Assembly (NCBI RefSeq): GCF_044324785.1
Contig: NZ_CP172127.1
Direction: 5' to 3' (one strand)
Length of the DNA: 64,000 nt
Origin: Escherichia coli
Lineage (GTDB): Bacteria > Pseudomonadota > Gammaproteobacteria > Enterobacterales > Enterobacteriaceae
Part shown: positions 45,917 to 57,021 of the stretch, piece after piece
Numbering within the stretch: the first letter of the stretch is position 1
Layout of the letters: the number at the start of each line of letters is the position of its first letter
The notes under the pieces: model-generated
Databases searched by the model: none
What the model was told of the DNA's origin: nothing
The model's input: only the letters and a program-made list of their open reading frames with translations
Translations under genes and position numbers: made by a program

Positions 45917-48115
45917 TTATCTCCTGCGCAACAATCTTAACGCATTCGCTGTCACCAGCACCGTCGCACCCGTATCTGCCAGCACTGCCAGCCACAGTCC
46001 GGTCATCCCTAACAGCGTGGTGACGAGGAAGATCCCTTTCAGTCCCAGCGCAATGGTGATGTTCTGGCGGATATTGGCGTGAGTGGCGCGTGCCAGTTCA
46101 ATCATTTGCACCAGGCCGCGCAGGTGGTTATGGGTTAATGCTGCATCGGCGGTTTCCAGCGCCACGTCTGTGCCACTGCCCATTGCAATCCCGATGGCGG
46201 CGGCTTTCATCGCTGGCGCGTCGTTAATACCGTCACCGACCATCGCCAGCGGCGCATGTTGATTCAGCTCGGTCACCGCTTTGACTTTATCTTCCGGCAA
46301 CAGGCCCGCTTTAAACTCCAGCCCCAACTCTCCGGCAATTGCCGCCGCTGCGCGTGGATTATCGCCGGTGAGGATCACCCCTTTGACGCCCAGCGCGTTC
46401 AGTTCACTGATGGCAGTTGCAGCATCGGCGCGTAGGGTATCCTGCAATGCAATTACGCCAAGCACGTCATCGTTACGCACTACCAGCACTACCGTTTGCC
46501 CGGCGCTTTCCAGTTCATTAATCAAACCAGCAAATGCAACAGCCGGATGTTTTCCGGCAGCGCATATCAACACGCGCTCACCGTTAACCTGCGCTTCAAT
46601 GCCAGACCCGACCAGCGCCCGCTGTGATTCGGCGGCGGGAATGGCGAGTTCAGCAACCTGTGCTTCGCGTACGATGGCTTGCGCCAGTGGATGCGTCGCG
46701 CCTTGCTCGACCGCCGCCGCCAGTGTCAGCAGTTCAGATTCACTAATACCCGTTGCCGGATGAATCGCGGTAACGCGCGGTTTACCGACGGTCAGCGTAC
46801 CGGTTTTATCAAACGCCACCTGGGTAACACGACCCAGTTGTTCCAGCGCCGCACCGCCTTTAATCAACGCCCCACGACGCGCTGCTGCCGCCAGCCCGGA
46901 GGTAATCGCCGCGGGCGTGGAGATAACTAACGCACACGGGCAGCCAATCAGCAGCAGCGTCAGGCCTTTATAAATCCACTCTTGCCAGCTGGCGGCAAAC
47001 AGCAGCGGTGGCACCAGCGTTACCAGCAGGGCGACGGCCATAATCGCTGGCGTGTAAATACGGCTGAAACGATCGATAAACCTCTCAATGGGGGCGCGAC
47101 GCTCTTCGGCTTCTTCGATCAGTTTCAGAATCCGGTCAATGGCGCTGGCACCCGGTTCTGACAGCACTTCCAGCGTTACCAGACGGTCTACGCTGGTGGC
47201 TCCTGCAGGAACTTTTTCGCCCGTCGCGCGCTCCACAGGAATGGATTCTCCGGTCAGGGCGCTTTCATCAAAACTGGCAAACGGTGAGAGCAGTTTACCG
47301 TCGGCAGGCAAACGTCCACCTGCGGCGACTTCAATCACATCGCCAGGGCGCAGGCTGTTAATCGCCACCTCTTCACGCTCACCGTTACGCAGGCGCGTGG
47401 CGGTTTCTGGTTTCAGCGCCATTAACGCGCTAACGCCCTGACGCGCGCGGCTGGCGGCCCAGCCTTCCAGTCGTTCACCAATCAAAAACAGCAGCAACAC
47501 CATCGCAGCTTCAGCCGTTGCGCCAATAAACAGTGCACCAATAGCGGCTACGCTCATTAAGGTTTCAATAGCGAAGTAGCTGCCGGATTTGATCAGCCGT
47601 AATGCCTGACGAGCAATCGGGTACAGCCCAACCAGCGTGGTCGCGATAAACGCCAGTTGCCCGAACGGATGATTAAACTGTTCCAGCCCCCAACTGATTG
47701 CCATCAACACGATTAGCGTAATCAGCGGCAAATTCTCTTTCAGGCGTGATGCTTGCGGTTCGTCGGCGGACTGTTCATCGCGCAGGGAATAGCCCGCTTT
47801 TTGCACCGCAGATTCAACTTGTGCACGAATGTCATTGTCGGCATCGACCACCAGTTTTTCGGTGGCGAACAACACCTGCACCTGATTCACGCCTGCAAGC
47901 TGGCGCACGGCATTTTCTACCTTGCGCGCGCAGGCGGCGCAGTCCATGCCGCTGACTTTCCAGCTATAGCGGGTGCCGGAGACGTTTTCAGAGAGCGTTG
48001 GCGTGCTGGAACATGCGCCGTCGCAGCAACAGTCGTTGGTGTTCTGTACCGTAGTTAGCGGTTTGAACGCAGCAAATTGAGGGGCTTTCTTGCCGTGATT
48101 GTCAGGAGTCGACAT
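45917..48115 (-). CDS. zntA: Zn/Cd/Pb-exporting P-type ATPase
   Basis: 732 aa; N-terminal GMDCAAC metal-binding site, CPC membrane motif, DKTGTLT phosphorylation motif. Confidence 0.96.
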   Translation of the reverse strand: MSTPDNHGKKAPQFAAFKPLTTVQNTNDCCCDGACSSTPTLSENVSGTRYSWKVSGMDCAACARKVENAVRQLAGVNQVQVLFATEKLVVDADNDIRAQVESAVQKAGYSLRDEQSADEPQASRLKENLPLITLIVLMAISWGLEQFNHPFGQLAFIATTLVGLYPIARQALRLIKSGSYFAIETLMSVAAIGALFIGATAEAAMVLLLFLIGERLEGWAASRARQGVSALMALKPETATRLRNGEREEVAINSLRPGDVIEVAAGGRLPADGKLLSPFASFDESALTGESIPVERATGEKVPAGATSVDRLVTLEVLSEPGASAIDRILKLIEEAEERRAPIERFIDRFSRIYTPAIMAVALLVTLVPPLLFAASWQEWIYKGLTLLLIGCPCALVISTPAAITSGLAAAARRGALIKGGAALEQLGRVTQVAFDKTGTLTVGKPRVTAIHPATGISESELLTLAAAVEQGATHPLAQAIVREAQVAELAIPAAESQRALVGSGIEAQVNGERVLICAAGKHPAVAFAGLINELESAGQTVVLVVRNDDVLGVIALQDTLRADAATAISELNALGVKGVILTGDNPRAAAAIAGELGLEFKAGLLPEDKVKAVTELNQHAPLAMVGDGINDAPAMKAAAIGIAMGSGTDVALETADAALTHNHLRGLVQMIELARATHANIRQNITIALGLKGIFLVTTLLGMTGLWLAVLADTGATVLVTANALRLLRRR

Positions 48116-48157
48116 GGCATCCTCCGGTTAAGTTTTTTCTCATTAACCGAAGGATAC

Positions 48158-48179
48158 ACTCTGGAGTCGACTCCAGAGT
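48158..48179 (-). promoter_or_regulatory. ZntR (MerR-type) operator / zntA promoter palindrome
   Basis: ACTCTGGAGTCGACTCCAGAGT perfect palindrome ~45 bp upstream of the zntA start. Confidence 0.8.
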
Positions 48180-48188
48180 CAAGTTTTA

Positions 48189-48815
48189 TCAGAGATACAG
48201 CGAGCGGACGATGAGGAAGTGACCGGCAAAGTAGCAGGCCGCAGCAATCGCGTTATCTGCCCGGAAGCGGCGGCGATAGTGGCTACCCAGCCAGACAAAG
48301 TTACTGATAAACAGCAATGAAGCGCCAACAAACGCAGAGAGCGCCGGAGCGGTCGGACGGAAGAACCACAGTTCACCTGCCAGCCACACCATCACCAGCG
48401 TCATGCCGATAAACGTGCAGATAGGCCAACGATACTCTTCCAGCCGCGTCCAGATAATCGCCAGTAACAGAGCACCCAGAACCAGCAACACCAGTGGCAG
48501 AGGCCAGAAGAAAGAGAGCGTCATCTGACTGGCGAAATAGATGGTGTACAGCAGGTGCGAGAGGAAAAACGCGCCGATGGCGTACATCAGACGTTGACGT
48601 GGCAACAGGGTTAGCGCATCGCCCAGCAGTGAGGCGCACAGTCCCGCCAGCACCAGATAGCTAATGGCGTCGAACATTGGCGCTTGCCAGGCCAGTAACA
48701 GCAGGAGAAGAAGGGTTAACGGTTTAAATACCCAGCGTTGCCAGGTTGGCCCACGATACGATGCATCCACAGATAGCCATGCGGAAAGACAGACAGCGAT
48801 AAACGACCAAAGCAT
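48189..48815 (-). CDS. yhhN: YhhN-family integral membrane protein (lysoplasmalogenase-like)
   Basis: 208 aa polytopic. Confidence 0.88.
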
Positions 48816-48955
48816 CTTAGTTCCTTGAATTCGTTATTTTTTCGTAAGCGGAATGCCTACGGTCTTGCTTCCAGTTTAGTGGCGAGGGTGGACGGATGAC
48901 AACACCATAACTGGCAGGGTATGCTTAATTCCGCATTTTCCGATGAGGGATAAAG

Positions 48956-49315
48956 ATGAGCAAACCACCTCTTTTCTTTATTGTTATCATTGGCTTAATC
49001 ATCGTCGCCGCATCGTTTCGTTTTATGCAACAGCGACGGGAAAAAGCTGATAATGATATGGCACCGCTCCAGCAAAAGCTGGTGGTGGTGAGCAATAAGC
49101 GGGAAAAACCGATTAACGATCGCCGTTCGCGCCAGCAGGAAGTGACTCCGGCAGGCACCAGTATGCGCTATGAGGCAAGTTTCAAACCGCAAAGCGGAGG
49201 AATTGAGCAGACGTTTCGCCTCGACGCCCAGCAGTACCATGCCCTGACAGTGGGCGATAAAGGTACGCTGAGCTATAAAGGAACGCGCTTTGTCAGCTTT
49301 GTTGGCGAACAATAA
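48956..49315 (+). CDS. yhhM: DUF2500-family protein
   Basis: 119 aa with N-terminal TM, MSKPPLFFIVIIGLIIVAASF. Confidence 0.85.
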   Translation: MSKPPLFFIVIIGLIIVAASFRFMQQRREKADNDMAPLQQKLVVVSNKREKPINDRRSRQQEVTPAGTSMRYEASFKPQSGGIEQTFRLDAQQYHALTVGDKGTLSYKGTRFVSFVGEQ

Positions 49316-49317
49316 GG

Positions 49318-49587
49318 TTATTTTTTAACTTTAAATTTCTTCTGCCAGACCAGCAGTTCAAACACGCCGAAAAGGAAAATCCGCACCTTTTCGGCGGTGG
49401 TCATCTGCGGGCCATCTTTCGGTAAAGTGGATTTCAACAGCGCCAGCTGCATACCATGCATCAGCACGGTAAAAATCAGCGCCACGTTAACGAAAATATT
49501 CAGCGGACGCGGGAAGGGATGCACCAGGTTGAGGATTAAAAATCCCCAAACGCAGAGCATTAACAAACGTCCAATATTAATCAACAT
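49318..49587 (-). CDS. yhhL: DUF1145-family small membrane protein
   Basis: 89 aa from ATG at 49587 (MLINIGRLLMLCVWG); overlaps the rsmD 3' end by 11 bp. Confidence 0.8.
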   Translation of the reverse strand: MLINIGRLLMLCVWGFLILNLVHPFPRPLNIFVNVALIFTVLMHGMQLALLKSTLPKDGPQMTTAEKVRIFLFGVFELLVWQKKFKVKK

Positions 49588-50173
49588 CACTTTCTCCTTG
49601 TGCTTCGCGTTGATACAGCCGATAAGCCACCTGACCCGCCACTTTTTCCCGATGTAATGACCAGTTTGCCGGAACAGTGGGCAGACCGTTTTCGACTTCG
49701 CTTTCGACATAAATCAGGGCTTCGTCAGCCAGCCAGCCGTTATCTTCCAGTAAATTTATCGTCTCTTCTAACAAGCCACGGCGGAACGGTGGATCGACAA
49801 ACACGATATTATGCGGTGTGCCTTTTTGTGCCAGGAATGACATCGCGTTGCTGTTCACCACGCGCGCATTGCCTGCTTTTAGTGTCGCCAGATTCTTAAT
49901 TAACTGCTGAGAAACTGCACGATCCATCTCAATCAACGTGGCCCCCGCAGCGTAGCGCGATAACGCTTCCAGCCCCAGCGCGCCGCTCCCGGCGAAGCAA
50001 TCCAGACATTGGGCGTCAACAATGACCGGAGCCAGCCAGTTAAACAACGTTTCGCGTACGCGGTCGGTGGTGGGGCGCAGACCTGGACTATCAGGAACCG
50101 GGAGTTTACGGCCTCGCCACTGCCCGCCAATAATGCGGATTTGGCCGCTGCCGGAATGATTCGGTTTTTTCAT
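49577..50173 (-). CDS. rsmD: 16S rRNA m2G966 methyltransferase
   Basis: 198 aa, DPPF motif (VFVDPPFRRG). Confidence 0.93.
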   Translation of the reverse strand: MKKPNHSGSGQIRIIGGQWRGRKLPVPDSPGLRPTTDRVRETLFNWLAPVIVDAQCLDCFAGSGALGLEALSRYAAGATLIEMDRAVSQQLIKNLATLKAGNARVVNSNAMSFLAQKGTPHNIVFVDPPFRRGLLEETINLLEDNGWLADEALIYVESEVENGLPTVPANWSLHREKVAGQVAYRLYQREAQGESDVD

Positions 50174-50322
50174 GATAAATTGCTCAATCCGCCAGATAAC
50201 ACATACTTGCAGGCGGTGATGTGAATTAAGTTAAGTGATAGACTATTTCATCATTTTTTTAGCTGCTATGTACATAGCGTTAACGCTGTGCCATGAAGCA
50301 ACAGCGAGGAGTGTAGTCGCAA

Positions 50323-51819
50323 ATGGCGAAAGAAAAAAAACGTGGCTTTTTTTCCTGGCTGGGCTTTGGTCAAAAAGAGCAGACCCCGGAAAAAGAGACA
50401 GAAGTTCAGAATGAACAACCGGTTGTAGAAGAAATCGTTCAGGCGCAAGAGCCTGCGAAGGCTTCTGAACAAGCCGTTGAAGAGCAGCCGCAGGCGCATA
50501 CTGAAGCCGAGGCGGAAACTTTTGCTGCCGAAGTTGTGGAAGTCACTGAACAGGTTGCTGAAAGTGAAAAAGCGCAGCCTGAAGCGGAAGTCGTTGCACA
50601 GCCGGAACCGGTCGTAGAAGAAACGCCGGAGCCAGTGGCTATCGAGCGTGAAGAGCTGCCGTTGCCGGAGGACGTCAACGCCGAAGAGGTTTCGCCAGAA
50701 GAGTGGCAGGCCGAAGCGGAAACCGTAGAGATTGTCGAAGCGGCGGAAGAAGAAGCGGCTAAAGAAGAAATCACCGACGAAGAGCTGGAAGCACAGGCGC
50801 TGGCTGCCGAAGCGGCAGAAGAAGCGGTGATAGTGGTTCCTCCGGCAGAAGAAGAGCAGCCGGTGGAAGAAATCGCTCAGGAGCAGGAAAAACCAACCAA
50901 AGAAGGTTTCTTCGCGCGCCTGAAACGCAGCCTGTTAAAAACCAAAGAAAATCTCGGTTCCGGATTTATCAGCCTGTTCCGCGGTAAAAAAATCGACGAT
51001 GATCTGTTTGAAGAGCTGGAAGAACAGCTGTTGATCGCCGATGTGGGCGTGGAAACCACACGTAAAATTATCACCAATCTGACGGAAGGCGCATCCCGCA
51101 AGCAGCTTCGTGATGCCGAGGCGCTTTATGGCCTGCTGAAAGAAGAGATGGGCGAGATTCTGGCGAAAGTCGATGAGCCGCTGAATGTTGAAGGTAAAAC
51201 GCCGTTCGTGATCCTGATGGTGGGCGTCAACGGTGTGGGTAAAACCACGACGATTGGTAAGCTGGCACGTCAGTTTGAGCAGCAGGGTAAATCGGTGATG
51301 CTGGCGGCGGGCGATACTTTCCGTGCAGCAGCGGTTGAACAGCTTCAGGTCTGGGGTCAGCGCAACAATATTCCGGTGATTGCCCAGCATACCGGTGCGG
51401 ATTCCGCCTCTGTTATCTTCGACGCCATTCAGGCAGCTAAAGCGCGTAATATCGACGTCTTGATTGCCGATACCGCCGGACGCCTGCAGAACAAATCGCA
51501 CCTGATGGAAGAGTTGAAGAAAATCGTCCGCGTGATGAAGAAACTCGACGTTGAAGCGCCGCATGAAGTTATGCTGACTATCGATGCCAGCACCGGGCAG
51601 AACGCGGTAAGCCAGGCCAAACTGTTCCACGAAGCCGTTGGCTTAACCGGCATCACGCTAACGAAACTGGACGGCACGGCGAAAGGCGGGGTAATTTTCT
51701 CGGTGGCTGACCAGTTTGGTATCCCTATCCGCTATATTGGTGTCGGCGAACGTATTGAGGATTTGCGTCCGTTTAAGGCGGACGACTTTATAGAGGCACT
51801 TTTTGCCCGAGAGGATTAA
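50323..51819 (+). CDS. ftsY: Signal recognition particle receptor
   Basis: 498 aa; acidic E-rich N-terminal region then NG domain with GVNGVGKTTT. Confidence 0.96.
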   Translation: MAKEKKRGFFSWLGFGQKEQTPEKETEVQNEQPVVEEIVQAQEPAKASEQAVEEQPQAHTEAEAETFAAEVVEVTEQVAESEKAQPEAEVVAQPEPVVEETPEPVAIEREELPLPEDVNAEEVSPEEWQAEAETVEIVEAAEEEAAKEEITDEELEAQALAAEAAEEAVIVVPPAEEEQPVEEIAQEQEKPTKEGFFARLKRSLLKTKENLGSGFISLFRGKKIDDDLFEELEEQLLIADVGVETTRKIITNLTEGASRKQLRDAEALYGLLKEEMGEILAKVDEPLNVEGKTPFVILMVGVNGVGKTTTIGKLARQFEQQGKSVMLAAGDTFRAAAVEQLQVWGQRNNIPVIAQHTGADSASVIFDAIQAAKARNIDVLIADTAGRLQNKSHLMEELKKIVRVMKKLDVEAPHEVMLTIDASTGQNAVSQAKLFHEAVGLTGITLTKLDGTAKGGVIFSVADQFGIPIRYIGVGERIEDLRPFKADDFIEALFARED

Positions 51820-51821
51820 CA

Positions 51822-52490
51822 ATGATTCGCTTTGAACATGTCAGCAAGGCTTATCTCGGTGGGAGACAGGCGCTGCAGGGCGTTACGTTCCATATGCAGC
51901 CGGGTGAGATGGCGTTTCTGACCGGTCATTCCGGCGCAGGGAAAAGTACCCTCCTGAAGCTGATCTGTGGGATTGAGCGGCCCAGCGCCGGGAAAATCTG
52001 GTTTAGCGGCCATGACATCACGCGTCTGAAAAACCGTGAAGTTCCGTTTCTGCGCCGCCAGATTGGCATGATTTTCCAGGATCACCATCTCCTGATGGAC
52101 CGTACTGTCTACGATAATGTGGCGATCCCGCTGATTATCGCCGGTGCCAGCGGTGACGATATTCGTCGCCGGGTGTCGGCGGCGCTGGATAAAGTCGGGC
52201 TACTGGACAAAGCGAAGAACTTTCCTATTCAGCTTTCCGGCGGTGAACAACAGCGTGTTGGCATTGCCCGCGCGGTGGTGAATAAGCCCGCGGTACTGCT
52301 GGCGGACGAACCGACTGGTAACCTGGACGACGCGTTGTCGGAAGGCATTTTACGTCTGTTTGAAGAGTTTAACCGCGTTGGGGTAACCGTATTGATGGCA
52401 ACGCACGACATCAACCTGATTTCACGGCGTTCCTATCGCATGCTCACCCTGAGCGATGGTCACTTGCATGGAGGCGTGGGCCATGAATAA
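51822..52490 (+). CDS. ftsE: Cell division ATP-binding protein
   Basis: 222 aa, Walker [18 protein letters not shown]. Confidence 0.96.
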
Positions 52491-53541
52491 GCGCGATGCA
52501 ATCAATCATATTCGGCAGTTTGGCGGGCGTCTTGATCGCTTCCGTAAATCGGTCGGCGGCTCAGGCGACGGCGGTCGTAACGCGCCGAAACGCGCGAAAT
52601 CCTCGCCAAAACCGGTAAATCGCAAAACCAACGTTTTCAACGAACAGGTGCGCTATGCCTTCCACGGCGCATTGCAGGATCTGAAAAGCAAACCGTTCGC
52701 CACGTTTTTAACGGTGATGGTTATCGCCATCTCCCTGACGCTGCCCAGCGTCTGTTATATGGTGTACAAAAACGTTAACCAGGCGGCGACGCAATATTAT
52801 CCGTCACCGCAAATCACTGTTTACTTGCAAAAAACGCTGGACGATGACGCCGCTGCGGGCGTGGTGGCACAGTTGCAGGCCGAGCAAGGCGTGGAGAAAG
52901 TGAACTATCTTTCTCGTGAAGACGCGCTGGGCGAGTTCCGTAACTGGTCTGGTTTTGGTGGTGCGCTGGATATGCTGGAAGAAAACCCACTTCCGGCAGT
53001 GGCGGTGGTGATCCCGAAGCTCGACTTTCAGGGGACGGAGTCTCTGAATACGCTGCGTGATCGTATCACGCAGATCAACGGCATTGACGAAGTGCGGATG
53101 GATGACAGCTGGTTTGCCCGTCTGGCGGCGTTGACCGGGCTGGTCGGGCGCGTTTCGGCGATGATCGGCGTGTTGATGGTGGCGGCAGTGTTTCTCGTCA
53201 TCGGTAACAGTGTACGCCTGAGCATCTTTGCTCGCCGTGACTCCATTAACGTACAAAAACTGATTGGTGCGACGGATGGTTTCATCCTGCGCCCGTTCCT
53301 GTACGGAGGCGCATTGCTGGGATTTTCTGGCGCATTGCTGTCATTAATTTTGTCAGAAATTCTGGTACTGCGTTTGTCATCGGCGGTTGCGGAAGTGGCA
53401 CAGGTTTTCGGAACAAAGTTTGATATCAATGGCTTATCGTTCGATGAATGCCTGCTGTTGCTGCTGGTATGCTCGATGATTGGCTGGGTGGCAGCGTGGC
53501 TTGCCACGGTACAACATTTACGCCACTTTACGCCTGAATAA
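52483..53541 (+). CDS. ftsX: Cell division permease-like protein
   Basis: 352 aa from ATG at 52483 ([15 protein letters not shown]), overlapping the ftsE stop. Confidence 0.93.
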
Positions 53542-53785
53542 TAAAAGCGTGTTATACTCTTTCCCTGCAATGGGTTCCGTAGCAGGGAAAGAGACCCCGT
53601 TGTCTCTTCCCGGTATTTCATCTCTATGTCACATTTTGTGCGTAATTTATTCACAAGCTTGCATTGAACTTGTGGATAAAATCACGGTCTGATAAAACAG
53701 TGAATGATAATCTCGTTGCTCTTAAGCTCTGGCACAGTTGTTGCTACCACTGAAGCGCCAGAAGATATCGATTGAGAGGATTTGA

Positions 53786-54640
53786 ATGACTGACAAAATG
53801 CAAAGTTTAGCTTTAGCCCCAGTTGGCAACCTGGATTCCTACATCCGGGCAGCTAACGCGTGGCCGATGTTGTCGGCTGACGAGGAGCGGGCGCTGGCTG
53901 AAAAGCTGCATTACCATGGCGATCTGGAAGCAGCTAAAACGCTGATCCTGTCTCACCTGCGGTTTGTTGTTCATATTGCTCGTAATTATGCGGGCTATGG
54001 CCTGCCACAGGCGGATTTGATTCAGGAAGGTAACATCGGCCTGATGAAAGCAGTGCGCCGTTTCAACCCGGAAGTGGGTGTGCGCCTGGTCTCCTTCGCC
54101 GTCCACTGGATCAAAGCAGAGATCCACGAATACGTTCTGCGTAACTGGCGTATCGTCAAAGTTGCGACCACCAAAGCGCAGCGCAAACTGTTCTTCAACC
54201 TGCGTAAAACCAAGCAGCGTCTGGGCTGGTTTAACCAGGATGAAGTCGAAATGGTGGCCCGTGAACTGGGCGTAACCAGCAAAGACGTACGTGAGATGGA
54301 GTCGCGTATGGCGGCACAGGACATGACCTTTGACCTGTCTTCCGACGACGATTCCGACAGCCAGCCGATGGCTCCGGTGCTCTATCTGCAGGATAAATCA
54401 TCTAACTTTGCTGACGGCATTGAAGATGATAACTGGGAAGAGCAGGCGGCAAACCGTCTGACCGACGCGATGCAAGGTCTGGACGAGCGTAGCCAGGATA
54501 TCATCCGCGCGCGCTGGCTGGACGAAGACAACAAGTCCACGTTGCAGGAACTGGCTGACCGTTACGGTGTTTCCGCTGAGCGTGTGCGCCAGCTGGAAAA
54601 GAACGCGATGAAAAAACTTCGCGCTGCCATTGAAGCGTAA
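53786..54640 (+). CDS. rpoH: RNA polymerase sigma-32 (heat shock sigma factor)
   Basis: 284 aa, [24 protein letters not shown]. Confidence 0.97.
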   Translation: MTDKMQSLALAPVGNLDSYIRAANAWPMLSADEERALAEKLHYHGDLEAAKTLILSHLRFVVHIARNYAGYGLPQADLIQEGNIGLMKAVRRFNPEVGVRLVSFAVHWIKAEIHEYVLRNWRIVKVATTKAQRKLFFNLRKTKQRLGWFNQDEVEMVARELGVTSKDVREMESRMAAQDMTFDLSSDDDSDSQPMAPVLYLQDKSSNFADGIEDDNWEEQAANRLTDAMQGLDERSQDIIRARWLDEDNKSTLQELADRYGVSAERVRQLEKNAMKKLRAAIEA

Positions 54641-54661
54641 TTTCCGCTACTAAGCAGAGAA

Positions 54662-54693
54662 CCCTGGATGAGAATCCGGGGTTTTTGTTTTTT
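54662..54693 (+). terminator. rpoH rho-independent terminator
   Basis: CCCTGGATGAGAATCCGGGG hairpin followed by TTTTTGTTTTTT. Confidence 0.65.
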
Positions 54694-54911
54694 GGGCCTC
54701 TGCAATAATCAGTTTCCCCCTCCGGCAAAACGCCAATCCCCACGCAGATTGTTAATAAACTGTCAAAATAGCTATTCCAATATCATAAAAATCGGGTATG
54801 TTTTAGCAGAGTATGCTGCTAAAGCACGGGTAGTCATGCATAAAACGAAATAAAGTGCTGAACAACAACATCACAACACACGTAATAACCAGAAGAATGG
54901 GGAACCTCAGG

Positions 54912-56015
54912 ATGAACATGAAGGGTAAAGCGTTACTGGCAGGATGTATCGCGCTGGCATTCAGCAATATGGCTCTGGCAGAAGATATTAAAGTCGCGGT
55001 CGTGGGCGCAATGTCCGGTCCGGTGGCCCAGTACGGTGACCAGGAGTTTACTGGTGCTGAGCAGGCGGTTGCGGATATCAATGCTAAAGGTGGTATCAAA
55101 GGCAACAAACTGCAAATCGTGAAATATGACGATGCCTGTGACCCGAAACAGGCGGTTGCGGTGGCGAACAAAGTCGTTAACGACGGCATTAAATATGTGA
55201 TTGGTCACCTCTGTTCTTCATCAACGCAGCCAGCGTCAGACATCTATGAAGATGAAGGCATTTTAATGATCACCCCAGCGGCAACCGCGCCAGAGCTGAC
55301 CGCTCGTGGCTATCAGCTGATCCTGCGCACTACCGGCCTGGACTCCGACCAGGGACCGACGGCGGCGAAATATATTCTTGAGAAAGTGAAACCGCAGCGT
55401 ATTGCTATCGTTCACGACAAACAGCAGTACGGCGAAGGTCTGGCGCGTGCGGTGCAGGACGGCCTGAAGAAAGGCAATGCTAACGTGGTGTTCTTTGATG
55501 GCATCACCGCCGGGGAAAAAGATTTCTCTACGCTGGTGGCGCGTCTGAAAAAAGAGAATATCGACTTCGTTTACTACGGCGGTTATCACCCGGAAATGGG
55601 GCAAATCCTGCGTCAGGCACGCGCGGCAGGGTTGAAAACTCAGTTTATGGGGCCGGAAGGTGTGGCTAACGTTTCGCTGTCTAACATTGCGGGCGAATCA
55701 GCGGAAGGGCTGCTGGTGACCAAGCCGAAGAACTACGATCAGGTTCCGGCGAACAAACCCATTGTTGATGCGATCAAAGCGAAAAAACAGGACCCAAGCG
55801 GCGCATTCGTTTGGACCACCTACGCCGCGCTGCAATCTTTGCAGGCGGGCCTGAATCAGTCTGACGATCCGGCAGAAATCGCCAAATACCTGAAAGCGAA
55901 CTCCGTGGATACGGTGATGGGGCCGCTGACCTGGGATGAGAAAGGCGATCTGAAAGGCTTTGAGTTCGGCGTATTTGACTGGCACGCCAACGGCACGGCG
56001 ACCGATGCGAAGTAA
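54912..56015 (+). CDS. livJ: Leu/Ile/Val-binding periplasmic protein
   Basis: 367 aa from ATG at 54912 ([23 protein letters not shown] signal peptide); ~80% identical to the livK product in this window. Confidence 0.93.
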   Translation: MNMKGKALLAGCIALAFSNMALAEDIKVAVVGAMSGPVAQYGDQEFTGAEQAVADINAKGGIKGNKLQIVKYDDACDPKQAVAVANKVVNDGIKYVIGHLCSSSTQPASDIYEDEGILMITPAATAPELTARGYQLILRTTGLDSDQGPTAAKYILEKVKPQRIAIVHDKQQYGEGLARAVQDGLKKGNANVVFFDGITAGEKDFSTLVARLKKENIDFVYYGGYHPEMGQILRQARAAGLKTQFMGPEGVANVSLSNIAGESAEGLLVTKPKNYDQVPANKPIVDAIKAKKQDPSGAFVWTTYAALQSLQAGLNQSDDPAEIAKYLKANSVDTVMGPLTWDEKGDLKGFEFGVFDWHANGTATDAK

Positions 56016-56071
56016 TCATTAATCGGCAACTTGGAGTTGCCGCCAAATTGCTAATATCGAGTACGTTGCTT

Positions 56072-56176
56072 CATGCCGGATGCGGCGTATACGCCTTATC
56101 CGGCCTACAAGATCCAAAGAAATCAGTAAATTGCAGCACACATTGTAGGCCTGATAAGCGTAGCGCATCAGGCAAT
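56072..56176. repeat. REP/BIME palindromic elements in the livJ-panZ intergenic region
   Basis: GCCGGATGCGGCGTATACGCCTTATCCGGCCTAC and TGTAGGCCTGATAAGCGTAGCGCATCAGGCA, typical REP consensus. Confidence 0.75.
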
Positions 56177-56214
56177 TTCTCGTTGGTCGTCACTTTTGAA
56201 ATCAAACTTGACGA

Positions 56215-56598
56215 TTAACGCTTCTCCCAGCCGCCCTGTTGTGCCGTAAACCCCAGTGCCTGCATAAACGCTGTCATCACGCCGCGATCTTCCACGCCAG
56301 CATCCGCCATCCACCAATATGAAACGCCAGGATTGTTACGCAAAACCTCTTCCAGCAGATATTGCCCCACACCGCGACGGCGGGTGACTTCCCTCACACG
56401 CAGGGAATTCAGTGCCCCCTCGGTGCCGCTTAAGGTTACCCGCACGGCCGCGAGAAGGCGCTCGTTAAAACGCGCGGCGTAGATACGGTGGTTATCGTCA
56501 ACCTGTAAAGAGGAAGGGGAATACTCCGGCCAGATCTTTTGCAGGTCAATCCGGTCCTGGTCGCTAAAGTTTTCTAATCGAATGATGGTCAGCTTCAT
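56215..56598 (-). CDS. panZ: PanD maturation factor (GNAT-fold)
   Basis: 127 aa, MKLTIIRLENFSDQDRIDLQKIWPEY. Confidence 0.9.
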   Translation of the reverse strand: MKLTIIRLENFSDQDRIDLQKIWPEYSPSSLQVDDNHRIYAARFNERLLAAVRVTLSGTEGALNSLRVREVTRRRGVGQYLLEEVLRNNPGVSYWWMADAGVEDRGVMTAFMQALGFTAQQGGWEKR

Positions 56599-57021
56599 GG
56601 GTAACCCGTGTAAATCACAAAAGTGGAACCAGTGTAGCGAAATAATTTAATCGGAGGCTTTCTCTTTTTTAATTCTTTTGGCAGGTGATTAATTTTTTTT
56701 CAGCAATAATTACAAAGTTAAAACATTAGAGAATGAAAAATACCCAGCATAATCCCCTGAATGGTAGTGAATTATTCCGCCCTTTGTACCGTTATTTTAT
56801 GCTGACAACGGCGCTTTTTTCTGTTTATCTATCAATAAATTCAGAATATTATCTGTTCTTAATCGACTGAAAAATAGGGATTTTAATCGCTATCATCACA
56901 AAATACTGCGCTAAACCCTTAATCAGACAGGCAAAAACAGTGCAGTATAAAAAAAGAACAGTCTGATTTGTTAACACATAAGAACAAAGCAACACAACAT
57001 CACGAATGGGGATTTTTGACT

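Noticed and set aside
50935-51630. 231-aa minus-strand ORF
   Set aside because: Antisense to ftsY
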